64,000 nt of DNA, taken from contig OMVY01000009.1 of NCBI GenBank assembly GCA_900314635.1, positions 50,132 through 114,131 on the forward strand, written 5' to 3'. Within the stretch, counting starts at the first letter, position 1; the number at the start of each line of letters is the position of its first letter. The notes below the pieces were generated by a model that was not told where the DNA came from, searched no databases, and worked only from the letters and a program-made list of their open reading frames with translations. A program made the position numbers and the translations under genes. Positions 29,301 to 38,310 of this stretch are shown here, piece after piece. This DNA is from an uncultured Methanobrevibacter sp. (GTDB taxonomy: Archaea; Methanobacteriota; Methanobacteria; Methanobacteriales; Methanobacteriaceae).

Positions 29301-32300
29301 TCTGATGTTACGCTTAAATCATCTTCTTCTGTGTCATTTTCTAAACTTTCACTAAAATCTCCATCTTCTATGTCGATTTCTGTTTTTTCACTGAGATTTT
29401 CATCATCATGCACAGGGTCTATGATGATTGATTGAACCTTGTTAATTGGAATGGACTCTACTTCCCTGATTTTTGATTTTATCTCGCTTATCTTTGAGTT
29501 TATTTTTGTGGATTCAATATAATCAATCAGTTTTGATTGGGCAAGATCGCTGTTTCTATACCAGTCAGTAGACCAAAGGTGGTAGATATTCCAACCCAAT
29601 CCGGTTAAAACCTGTTCTCTAAGTCTGTCCCTGTCTCTAGCCACTTTTGATGAAGCGTAGTTCCTGCCGTCGCATTCGATTCCTAAAATATATTTTCCTG
29701 GATTTTCCTCATCGATAATAGCAAGATCCACTCTGAATCCAGCACATCCTATCTTTTCATCTACAGCATATCCATTTGAAACAAGGAAATCATAAATGGC
29801 ATCTTCAAATGGTGTATCTCCATAATCATCATTGTTTTCACTGTATTGGTTCAATTGAAGGTTTTCAGCATATTCCAAAAAGCTTTTCAATGATTTGACT
29901 CCAAATGGAGGATTTGCAGTCAGGTGGATGTCATGAGCTCTGAAATTAGAAAAGACTACGCATTTTTCCCTTGCTCTTGTAACAAGCACGTTCAAACGTC
30001 TCTCTCCTCCATCCTGGTTTAAAGGACCGAAGTTCAGTGACATTTTGCCTTCAGTATCGAATCCATATCCTATGCTTATCAGGATAACATCCCTTTCATC
30101 ACCTTGAATTGTCTCAAGGTTTTTAACGAAGAATCTTTCATTTTTCTTGTCTGAAAACAATGGTTCGAATTCTGGATGGGCCTTTCGCTCTATTTCAAGC
30201 TCTTCAAGAATGGCATTCTTCTGAGCTACTGAAAATGTTCCAACTCCAATGCTTTTCTTATCTCCCCATTTGTTGAAATGCCTGAATATCTCTCTAACCA
30301 CATCCTTGGCTTCCTTGTAGTTTGCAGAACTGTTTCCTCTGTCATATGCAGTATTTGGGTTGTAATGGAATTTAAGACCTAATTCTGGGTCGTTATGGGA
30401 AGGTGAAGGATATACAAGCAGCTCATTGTCATAGAACTCTCTGTTTGAAATGTTGATAAGAGATTCATGACGGCTTCTGTAGTGCCATTTAAGCATTTTA
30501 ACAGGGAATGACAACTTGCACAAATGAAGAATGCTCTCCATATCCAGTGCAGTAGCCACCTCTTCTCCGCTTTCATAATCTGTCATCTGATCAAAGAAGC
30601 TTGTAGGAGGCAATTGCTGAGTATCTCCCATTACAACAGCTGTTTTTCCTCTCATGAATGCTCCTAATGCATCCTCAGGTTTGACCTGACTTGCTTCGTC
30701 GAAAATTACCACATCAAACTGCAGTTTAGGGTTAGTCGGGTCAAGGTATTGTGCAATTGAAAGAGGGCTCATCATGAAGACAGGCTTGATTTTCTTAATG
30801 GTTCCTCCAGCCTTTTCAAGGAGAGTCCTGACAGGCAGATGTCCGCTTTTTCTTGTAAACTCCCCTGCCAGTATTTTAGCTTCCTCATCATCTGTATTGC
30901 CGTAGATTTTCGGAATCTGGCTGTTGAGCTTGTTGAATATTCTTTTCCTATTCAAGTTGATGATCTTTCTATCGAGATCCTTGAAGTCATGGATTCTGTT
31001 TTCATGCAATTCACCGATGAATGTGGATAAGACTTCATTTTGAGAGAATACTATATTGAGCAGGCTGTCTGCAAAATTACCGAGCACTAAAGGCTTGACA
31101 TCGTCTTTTTTAATGTTTCTTTTTTCAATGGTTTTTATGAAAATGGATGCTTGAGTATGCAGGCATGCCTTTTTGGTATTTGAATATTGTGACCATAAAT
31201 GCAGGCTTGAAAGCTGGCCTTTCCATTTGTTCAATTGCTTTTCCCACATTTCAAATGGAACTTCATTTGATTCCTTCTTAAATATCAGCTTGCTTCTTGG
31301 ATTCAGTTTGGATTCAAGTCTTGTGAGATTGTCATAGAAGATATCTCCCTTTTCAATGTAATCCTCAATTCCTGAGTTGATATTTACATGGAAAAGATCA
31401 TTGGAAAGCAGCTTGATTGTTGCCTCGCCGAATGTTCCGTTTGAAACGAGGTATGTGAACTTGTTCATCCAGCTGTTTACCTTCTGCAGTTCCTTGATAT
31501 TGGCTTTCTTGCTCCATAATGCTCCAAAATACCTGTATCCAAGTTCTTCATTATCTTGAAGGCTTTGTCTCACCTTGATGTTCTTTCGAACTTCAAGAAG
31601 ATCCTTAATGACTTGCCTGTCATCTGGAACAGGGCCCTTGTATAAACTCTCCAATTCCTCCTTATGGGTATTTCCACCAAACAGACGGAATTTCTTATGG
31701 GAATCCTTTTCAAGATCCCTTATTATGACGTCCAGATCTGCAATCAATAAGTAGTCTGTGAACTTGTCAAAGAGATGGGCTGTCTTTTGATATTCATTAA
31801 GCAGTTTGATAAGTGTCAAGGCTCGTTCTGGATTGTTGTACCATTCTCTGTTTAATAGTATTGAACTGTCAATCAAATTAACTGCATTGCTGTTCAATAT
31901 CTCCAGAGCTGTGATTGAATCGCGATATTCCTCTAATGTGTCAGGTACTTTTATTCCGTAAACTTCATTTACAACAGACATCTCGTATCTGAACTCATTC
32001 AATGAATCGAGGCTGTCGCGGATAAGCATTTCAATTTCCCTCAAATCCGCTGGAAGCAGGCTTTTTGGATTGCAATAACTCCAAGGATTATTTTTGGATA
32101 TTGTTCCATAAAGCTCGGCCAGATTCTCCAATGACAGTATGATGTCATCCAAGTCCTTTTCGCTAATTTCTTCAGGATTGTCGAACCTGACTAGAGGCAG
32201 CATTCTATTCTGCTTTTTAAAATAGCTTTCTGAAGACTCCTTCATTCCATATAGCTCGAAAGGAGTAAGTTTTACATTGGCAACAGGTTTGTGAATGACT

Positions 32301-33562
32301 TCTGCATAAGCATCAAGCTGGCTGCGCAATGTTTCAAGCTTTCTCAGTGTTTGATCAAGCTTTAAATCTCGTGAAGGCCTTACATTGGTGGCCTTTTGAA
32401 GATTTTTCAAGAATTTCTTGCGTCTTGTTTTATTGCTGTGGAGCTCAAGCACGAATTTTCCTAGCCCTACGCTGTCCAGTCTGCTTTTTACAACCTCAAG
32501 AGCAGCCATTTTTTCACTGACAAAGAGAACGGTCTTTCCTTCAGCTATTAACTCTGCTATCAGGTTTACAATGGTTTGTGACTTTCCTGTGCCTGGAGGA
32601 CCTTCTACAACTAAATTATGTCCTGCCTTCACGTTTTCTATAACTGCAATCTGTGATGAATCAGCATCCAGAACCTGATACATGGTTTTATAGTGAAGCT
32701 TCTCATCTACTTCATCTTCTTCAAAGGTATCATCGTAAACATTCTTTTTAGGATTGAAAATAGCTTGAATAAGTTCATTTGTTGTTAAATCTACATTATC
32801 CGCCCAGCTTTCAGGGTTTAAATCGTTATACATGATGAACTTGGTGAATGAAAAGAATCCGAGGGATACCTTTTCGGTGTTGATTTCCCAATTCTTTATA
32901 GGGGCAATGGCCTTCTTCACGCTGTCAAAGTAGATGTCTGTTGCTTCCAAAGCTGATGTCTGTTCGAATTTTGGAAGTTCTATGCCGTTTTCAAGAAGCT
33001 TTGCATGGAGGGATATGTTGTTTTGAATGTCCTCTCCTGTCCATGATAATGAGAAATTCTTTCCTACTGATTTTCTCTCGATTTCCACAGGTATGAGTAT
33101 CAAAGGAGCCAGATTTTTTTGTTTCGGCTTTTTCCTGTCGATCCATTCGATAAATCCTGCAGCAATGTATAATATATTATAACCCTGTTCTTGAACCATG
33201 GTTTTTGCTTGCTGGTCGATATAACGCAGTCTTTTTTCCAATTCAGGCTTTGAGAGATCGGTTTTCAGGTTCTTCTTGTCTTCAGGGGTGAGGAATCCTA
33301 ATTTATCTTCAATCATGTTCAGTGCTTTTGATCCTTCTTTGGATTCCCTGCCGGATAAGAAATGCATTCTTTTATTTTCTAAAACAAGGGTTTTATACAC
33401 ATCTCGAGGTCTTTGATTAGTAAATGAAAGGGTTCGATTTCTCTCCTTGAAATTAAGAAGAGGGTTTCTTAAACTTAAATCTAAAAGCTCTTTTCTTAGA
33501 TTTTTAAACTCCCTCTCGATGTTTATGTTTTCCTTTTTTGTAGGTGATTTATTAAACTGCAT
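26309..33562 (-). CDS. DUF4011 / superfamily-1 helicase / Vsr-like (MTES_1575-type) nuclease / DUF3320 protein (Hhe-type defence helicase-nuclease) with a roughly 880-aa acidic insertion
   Basis: LLDLSLRNPLLNF (DUF4011), GPPGTGKSQT, VIFDEASQ, GDTQQLPP, WHYRSR, IQGDERD, RRLNVLVTRAR, GIECDG and ARDRDRLR..VL..LGW..HLWSTDW motifs; C-terminal winged helices (EGPIH...). Confidence 0.88.
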   Translation of the reverse strand: MQFNKSPTKKENINIEREFKNLRKELLDLSLRNPLLNFKERNRTLSFTNQRPRDVYKTLVLENKRMHFLSGRESKEGSKALNMIEDKLGFLTPEDKKNLKTDLSKPELEKRLRYIDQQAKTMVQEQGYNILYIAAGFIEWIDRKKPKQKNLAPLILIPVEIERKSVGKNFSLSWTGEDIQNNISLHAKLLENGIELPKFEQTSALEATDIYFDSVKKAIAPIKNWEINTEKVSLGFFSFTKFIMYNDLNPESWADNVDLTTNELIQAIFNPKKNVYDDTFEEDEVDEKLHYKTMYQVLDADSSQIAVIENVKAGHNLVVEGPPGTGKSQTIVNLIAELIAEGKTVLFVSEKMAALEVVKSRLDSVGLGKFVLELHSNKTRRKKFLKNLQKATNVRPSRDLKLDQTLRKLETLRSQLDAYAEVIHKPVANVKLTPFELYGMKESSESYFKKQNRMLPLVRFDNPEEISEKDLDDIILSLENLAELYGTISKNNPWSYCNPKSLLPADLREIEMLIRDSLDSLNEFRYEMSVVNEVYGIKVPDTLEEYRDSITALEILNSNAVNLIDSSILLNREWYNNPERALTLIKLLNEYQKTAHLFDKFTDYLLIADLDVIIRDLEKDSHKKFRLFGGNTHKEELESLYKGPVPDDRQVIKDLLEVRKNIKVRQSLQDNEELGYRYFGALWSKKANIKELQKVNSWMNKFTYLVSNGTFGEATIKLLSNDLFHVNINSGIEDYIEKGDIFYDNLTRLESKLNPRSKLIFKKESNEVPFEMWEKQLNKWKGQLSSLHLWSQYSNTKKACLHTQASIFIKTIEKRNIKKDDVKPLVLGNFADSLLNIVFSQNEVLSTFIGELHENRIHDFKDLDRKIINLNRKRIFNKLNSQIPKIYGNTDDEEAKILAGEFTRKSGHLPVRTLLEKAGGTIKKIKPVFMMSPLSIAQYLDPTNPKLQFDVVIFDEASQVKPEDALGAFMRGKTAVVMGDTQQLPPTSFFDQMTDYESGEEVATALDMESILHLCKLSFPVKMLKWHYRSRHESLINISNREFYDNELLVYPSPSHNDPELGLKFHYNPNTAYDRGNSSANYKEAKDVVREIFRHFNKWGDKKSIGVGTFSVAQKNAILEELEIERKAHPEFEPLFSDKKNERFFVKNLETIQGDERDVILISIGYGFDTEGKMSLNFGPLNQDGGERRLNVLVTRAREKCVVFSNFRAHDIHLTANPPFGVKSLKSFLEYAENLQLNQYSENNDDYGDTPFEDAIYDFLVSNGYAVDEKIGCAGFRVDLAIIDEENPGKYILGIECDGRNYASSKVARDRDRLREQVLTGLGWNIYHLWSTDWYRNSDLAQSKLIDYIESTKINSKISEIKSKIREVESIPINKVQSIIIDPVHDDENLSEKTEIDIEDGDFSESLENDTEEDDLSVTSENEDFPETLENDTEEDNDDGIIEETENELNNDFGLENEIDDDIGEYENYEEDYNTSNENETEIEETENNEEYNTVLDDDSIREKVEDYSQSRADNFNNADSEDSEFLIDETSNDNKNFDKTDETRDALINKFLKNFPEDIKDNDNLDKKNTPAKMDKKEKDEKTRQKDDVDSNLKNVDDGFIYNENKNNKSSTKNVANRVYQIFRPNRNKVTKDKENLNRPREKNDIDNDEAINPQGRKANKKAKNNENKKLKENKNINKSKNKEKIIDNSLKENKNINKSISKEEIIENSLKENKNINKSISKEEIIDNSLKENKKSAENNQNETEVILSQIDSTIEKDKKLVNKNKDLSEESEDEKNIISDEELNQLLSNIDNEENENQNTNDKDSELMKGILTTPRRKNKKQNPTSHHDINEESFEKTRNIENDDFSIDDEYYDEDEPIIPISAEIREKEKAKQDQSNNKHESDEENSLDSENDKSTYGISDEDDGKNDDSSNNSNNQAQNKQDSQTPAESDDYYYSAVGIENALKKNAMPQQNNSNKTGLMGTLTSIKHGMQYYDYAMKEIENPTEREKIYVIDRVNDNGEEIPDYMEIPQDYEDDQPVERKSIMKTISDFSNVEKEINSLNPELYDEEYFKVDNTQNVDSYDKLEQDNHNPDYYSKEDTIFTSDDYSQEEFIPIEPAHNEYRAGDSFYEDNNSEIYSEDTYIPDAEVYPDSSELYSDSQTDVIIPVNSSSANENINYEPSMKDYSDDDFSNITANGQLEEISTDNSQKSSEMDEDELESIINNVGQEYKEREIARIEEANVLSKVDNTRLTPDGTIEDYIKDYVEIQDIAIKNATEIYDETEKLNETVKTIVSIEGPIHADMVIRRLRESCGLSRAGTKFKSTIMDSIKFNENKGYIINEEDFLFTDYDQIIVRRREKPNMDFISDLEVEKAIDLVLSFKKSLKVKELAKQVSRTLGFKSTSKKTSNKITSVVDAMIGKEILINNNDKIEFK
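28352..28547 (-). repeat. In-frame 60-bp tandem repeat (about 3.3 copies, SLKENKNINKSISKEEIIDN) inside the Hhe insertion
   Basis: Period-60 repeats visible on lines 28321-28501. Confidence 0.9.
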
Positions 33563-34092
33563 TATTATCCCTGAAACATGAAATTTAAGAATTAGAAGTT
33601 CAAATACGGTGTTAAATCATTTATTTTCCAATTTTAAAGTATATTATTAAATATTTTTAAATTTGGATAAAATTTTGATACAATATTATTTATTATAATA
33701 TTAATTAATAAAGTTTTCCAAAACCTAAATTTTCTCTTTAAATAGCTAAAATTCACATAAACAAAAATTATTTTTTCAAGTATTTTTTTAAAAATTTTTT
33801 AACTTTTTCATTATTTTTTTAGCTATTGATTTTGGTTGATTTTATTGGTGTTTTTGAGTGGTTTTTTTTAATTATTTTGGGTATTTATTTATAAGTTTAT
33901 TGGTGTTTTTGAGTGGTTTTTTAATTTTTTTTAATCATTGTTTTAGGTTTAAAATTTAGTGGTGTTGAGTTAATTTTATTTTTTTTGTGGCTAATTTGGG
34001 TATGGATTTAATAGAAAAATATATATAATTTGATAAAAACTCCTGGTTTGGAATTCTATATCAAATTAAAAAAATAAAAAATTAGAATAAAA

Positions 34093-35139
34093 TTATTCTA
34101 AATCATTAATAGCTGCTACGATGAGTTCAATTGTTGATTCGATATCATCAAAGCTTGCTACGCTAACAGGTGTGTGAATGTATCTTGTAGGAACTGATAA
34201 TACTCCTGTTGGAATTCCCTCTTTTGCAAGGTGTATTGATGTTCCGTCGGTAGTTCCGCCGTCACTTACTTCAAGCTGGTAAGGGATTTCATATTTGTCT
34301 CCTGCATTTACCAGCATGTCCCTGATTACTTTAGGGGTCATGATTCCTCTGCCGCTTGCATCAATCAATACGACAGCAGGTCCTTTTCCTAAGACACATG
34401 GAGCTTCTTCCGGCTTGATTCCAGGGTGGTCTCCTGATAATGTGGTGTCAAGTGCAAATGCATAATCAGGATCTATTTTAAAAGCGGATACGCGTGCTCC
34501 CTTTAATCCTACTTCTTCCTGCACGGTTCCAACACCTACTACGGTAGCCTTGGAATCTACTCTTTTCAAGACTTCCATCATTACGTAACAGCCGATACGG
34601 TTATCCAAAGCCTTGCCCATAATGCGGTTGTTAGGGAAGCTTGCAAACCATGATTTAAAAGTGATTGCATCTCCAATGCTTACCATGGATTCGGCTTCTT
34701 CCTTGTCTTTTGCTCCTATGTCTATAAACATGTCGTCTGCAGGGATTACTTTCTTTCTCTCTTCAGGTTTGGTTACATGAGGTGGTTTTGAACCGATTAC
34801 ACCAGTAATCTCGCCATCTGCAGTATGGATTGTCACGCTTTGGTTCATGAGCATCTGGTCGTTTATTCCTCCGATAGTGGAAAATTTAATGAATCCTTTC
34901 TCATCAATGAATCTAACCATCAATCCTATTTCATCCATATGGGATGCAAGCATTACAGTAGGTCCTTTTTTAGAAGAACCCTTTTTAGTAGCGAATACAT
35001 TTCCCATGTGGTCAACTTCGATATCATCCGCTACGTCCTTTAATTCTCTTTTAATGATTTCTGCAATTTTCTCTTCATGGCTTGATATGCCTGGAGTCAT
35101 ACAGAGTTCTTCCATTAATTTAATTTTATCATCTGCCAT
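34093..35139 (-). CDS. M42 family metallopeptidase (TET/FrvX-like aminopeptidase)
   Basis: ASHMDEIG, KALDNRIGC, QEEVGLKGA, GGTTD and RYIHT motifs; AGGTG-N5-ATG. Confidence 0.93.
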   Translation of the reverse strand: MADDKIKLMEELCMTPGISSHEEKIAEIIKRELKDVADDIEVDHMGNVFATKKGSSKKGPTVMLASHMDEIGLMVRFIDEKGFIKFSTIGGINDQMLMNQSVTIHTADGEITGVIGSKPPHVTKPEERKKVIPADDMFIDIGAKDKEEAESMVSIGDAITFKSWFASFPNNRIMGKALDNRIGCYVMMEVLKRVDSKATVVGVGTVQEEVGLKGARVSAFKIDPDYAFALDTTLSGDHPGIKPEEAPCVLGKGPAVVLIDASGRGIMTPKVIRDMLVNAGDKYEIPYQLEVSDGGTTDGTSIHLAKEGIPTGVLSVPTRYIHTPVSVASFDDIESTIELIVAAINDLE

Positions 35140-35478
35140 TTTTTCACCTATGATATAATAATTAGTTTAAAAGTTTATATAATTTTCTTTTTGCTCTCTT
35201 TATAAACTTTTACTCTAATAGTTTTTATAATTTTTAAAAGGGGGTTTTATTTTTTTATTTATATATAATTTAAATAATCCTGATTATTAACAATGTTTTA
35301 AAATCTACCAATTTTGTTTAATACTAATGCTTATTAATAAGTATTTACATATATTTAATTATTATTAATAATCTATTAATATATTAAATTAATAATTGCT
35401 AGTAAATAATTTATTATGCAATTTTTTATAGTGATTTAGTTGGTTATTTAATAATTCAAGATTAAAATAAGTGAAATA

Positions 35479-36777
35479 ATGAAAGCGGCAGTTATTGGAT
35501 TGGGTGTAGAAGGAAAAAAGGCTTTAAACTCTCTTTTGAAATATGGATGGGATGTTTATGCCAGCGACTTGAATGTCAATATCAATATTGATGACCTGCC
35601 TATTTCACTTGGAAGTGCAGATGTTTCTCCTTCAGAGTCCAGAATAAGTTTTGCAAATGACAATCTTTCCATCGATCTTGGCTTTAACAAAAGGGAGGAA
35701 ATCGAATCCTGCGATGCAATTGCTTTAAGTCCGAGCATATGGGGCTCTGCTGTTAGCGAGGAATTCAAAAAAACAGGCAAGCTATTATGTGATGTTAAAA
35801 ACAAGCACCGCTCTATTTTTACTATTGGGGTTACAGGAACTAATGGAAAGACAACCACCACTTCCATGATAAGAGAGATATTGGAAAATGCAGGCTTGAA
35901 TGTTTTAACAGGAGGCAATGGAGGCGGAGGTTTCGATGGATATTACGATCTCATGCTTGATGCAAATGAAAACGACTATGATGTGCTTCTTATTGAAGTG
36001 TGTGACATGACTGTTGGTTTCTGTGATTACTGCTTCGACTTTGATATTGTGGCCCTTACAAATATGGGCAATGACCATATGGATGTCCATGGATCCATGG
36101 AGGGATACAGAGACTCTTTAAAGGATTTCTTTAAATGTAAGACAGTATTTCTCAATGACAACCAGATTTACAAGGATGAATTCGAAGATGTTGCAGAGCA
36201 TATGGTTGAATGCAGTCCGTCAGATTATGATTTAAAGCTTTTCGGCATATTCAACAAGAGAAATGCAGGCATTGCTGAAAATATCTGCAGGCATGTTGGC
36301 GAAAATTTCTTTAAAATCGATGAATCTATTATCCAAAGCACATTGGAAGATTTCACTCCTGTCAAAGGCCGTCTTGAAGTATTAAAATTGAATGATTGCA
36401 ATATCTACATAGGAAAAACAGACAATTCTGATGCATTTAAGACAGTTTTAAATGAAGTTGATTTTAAAACATTGTTTATTGGAACTCCAAGGCATGATGA
36501 AAGCCACAGATTTGAAATCCTTGATGAAGTAGTCAAATCAAAAGCCGAAGTTGTTGTTTTATTCCCAGGTCTTGAAGATACTTTAGACCAAGCGGTTTAC
36601 AGATTGCATGGTCTTGATTACTCAGGACGCATAGAACTTGCTAATAATCTTGATGAGATAATAGGATACGTGGCTGAATTTTCACATGAGCCTAATTTGT
36701 TTATTGGCGGAAATGGCCAGGAAAACATAATTAAAATAAGAGATAGGCTAGAGGAAATATGTAAAAACTGCAATTAA
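35479..36777 (+). CDS. Mur ligase family protein (MurD-like; pseudomurein peptide ligase)
   Basis: Rossmann-like AVIGLGVEG, P-loop GVTGTNGKTTT, LTNMGNDHMDVH and GRLEV motifs. Confidence 0.88.
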   Translation: MKAAVIGLGVEGKKALNSLLKYGWDVYASDLNVNINIDDLPISLGSADVSPSESRISFANDNLSIDLGFNKREEIESCDAIALSPSIWGSAVSEEFKKTGKLLCDVKNKHRSIFTIGVTGTNGKTTTTSMIREILENAGLNVLTGGNGGGGFDGYYDLMLDANENDYDVLLIEVCDMTVGFCDYCFDFDIVALTNMGNDHMDVHGSMEGYRDSLKDFFKCKTVFLNDNQIYKDEFEDVAEHMVECSPSDYDLKLFGIFNKRNAGIAENICRHVGENFFKIDESIIQSTLEDFTPVKGRLEVLKLNDCNIYIGKTDNSDAFKTVLNEVDFKTLFIGTPRHDESHRFEILDEVVKSKAEVVVLFPGLEDTLDQAVYRLHGLDYSGRIELANNLDEIIGYVAEFSHEPNLFIGGNGQENIIKIRDRLEEICKNCN

Positions 36778-36896
36778 ATAATCTATTAAATTACATAGGA
36801 AAATATTAAAAATGCAATTATATTAAAAATAATCAAATATCTTATCTGCGGATTATTTGATTAGTCATCATTATAAAAAAATAAATTTCAATCTAT

Positions 36897-36975
36897 AAAA
36901 TAATATTCAATCCATAAAATAATATTCAATTCAGAAAAATAATATTCATAAAATAATAATATTCAATTCAGAAAA
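36897..36975. repeat. Degenerate tandem repeat of AAAATAATATTCAAT (about 4 copies)
   Basis: Copies near 36897, 36916, 36936 and 36954, directly upstream of the VanW-like gene. Confidence 0.7.
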
Positions 36976-37006
36976 ATAAATAAATACGGTAAAGGAAGTG
37001 TTTTAG

Positions 37007-38251
37007 ATTAGTTCAAGAAGTTTAAGAGAAAGAAAATCATTTAAAATATTTATTGCATTGCTTGTAATAATTATAATTCTCATCCCTGTTACCCAGTCTA
37101 ACAACAACAGCGTTTCCTATGATGATATTTCAAAAATATCAAAATTTGATAACGGATCTACTGTTTATGCTGGAGATCAGGTAATAGATAAGAATAATGT
37201 TAATAAGTATCCTACTGTTTCAAATCTGGGATATTTGTTCGGTCAAATTGGCTCAGGGGATTTAATAACCTCATTTTTCTCAGTTGCCACTGGAGCTGTT
37301 CCTATTCCAGCAACAGATATAGTAGTTGGAAATGTGACAGATGGTGGAGTTGTTGAAGACTTTGATGGTCCGGGCCATATTGAAATTACAAATAATACGA
37401 TAAAGGTCATAGCTCCGGACGATTTGATTTATGGTTATCTTACTCCATATTATCAGGCAGTAAAGACTTCAACTGGTGTTGACATAGTAAATAATAAAAC
37501 AAATGAAACTGTCAGGCACATCAATGGAGATGACATCAATAATGATACATTGGATAGTGACAGAGTAAACACAGACCAGTTCCTCTATTGGTACAATAGA
37601 GCCGCTGAGGGTTCAACATACACAATGGAATACGGTCTTGCAGGTTTCTCAGACAATCGTTCCATGATTACTCCTGAGGAGCTAAAAGAGCAATTCCCAG
37701 ATGCTTACAATTATGCAATACATTATCCTAATGACTGTGCGGTTATAATATATCAAAACAACATTGAAGAAAAGCTTGTAAGCAGCACTTACACTTATCT
37801 TGATTCCCACCCTCAATATAATGATGCAAACAGGGAATATAATGCCAAGCAATTCGTAACTGCATGGAACGGCACTGTCATTCCTTCAGATGCTTATGGC
37901 TGTGGTAGGGAGGATGTTGGATTCAGCGCAGTTCCAGAATCAGAAGCAGAGTCCGGAATGGCAACACATGGAGTATGCCCTCCTGCAAGATCATTAAGGG
38001 AAGCTGTAATGGCTTTAGGCTTTTCATTACCTATAGGTATGGATAGCGGTCGTGATGCTGTGTTATACGGATACAGTCCTTCTACTGGAATAAAAATCCA
38101 CAATACACTTGATTACCCAATGAAAATCATCATGTGGACAGAAGGTTCAGGTGCAGGAATGGAGATTCATACTGAAATTTATGAATTAATTCCAAAAAGC
38201 GCGGTAAACAGCACAAATTCAACTAACTCAACTAGCAATACAACTTATTAA
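37007..38251 (+). CDS. Membrane-anchored secreted protein with C-terminal VanW-like domain (putative Cys transpeptidase)
   Basis: N-terminal TM anchor; WNGTVIP, HGVCPP..L..AVMALG, GRDA and HNTLDYPMKI align with VanW NGTVILP / GGVCQ..LY.A.L.AG / GRDA / NNTDYPI. Start proposed at ATT 37007, immediately after an in-frame TAG; track start is 37058. Confidence 0.72.
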   Translation: MSSRSLRERKSFKIFIALLVIIIILIPVTQSNNNSVSYDDISKISKFDNGSTVYAGDQVIDKNNVNKYPTVSNLGYLFGQIGSGDLITSFFSVATGAVPIPATDIVVGNVTDGGVVEDFDGPGHIEITNNTIKVIAPDDLIYGYLTPYYQAVKTSTGVDIVNNKTNETVRHINGDDINNDTLDSDRVNTDQFLYWYNRAAEGSTYTMEYGLAGFSDNRSMITPEELKEQFPDAYNYAIHYPNDCAVIIYQNNIEEKLVSSTYTYLDSHPQYNDANREYNAKQFVTAWNGTVIPSDAYGCGREDVGFSAVPESEAESGMATHGVCPPARSLREAVMALGFSLPIGMDSGRDAVLYGYSPSTGIKIHNTLDYPMKIIMWTEGSGAGMEIHTEIYELIPKSAVNSTNSTNSTSNTTY

Positions 38252-38310
38252 TTAATTCAATCATCGAATTAATTATTAGTTTTAAATCAATAATTAATTA
38301 AAGGATCAAT

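Noticed and set aside
33841-33922. Short local duplications in T-rich intergenic DNA (also ~8095-8147, 12700-12800, 19025-19150, 25407-25491, 39079-39220)
   Set aside because: Two-copy slippage products in terminator-rich low-complexity DNA; no evidence of function.
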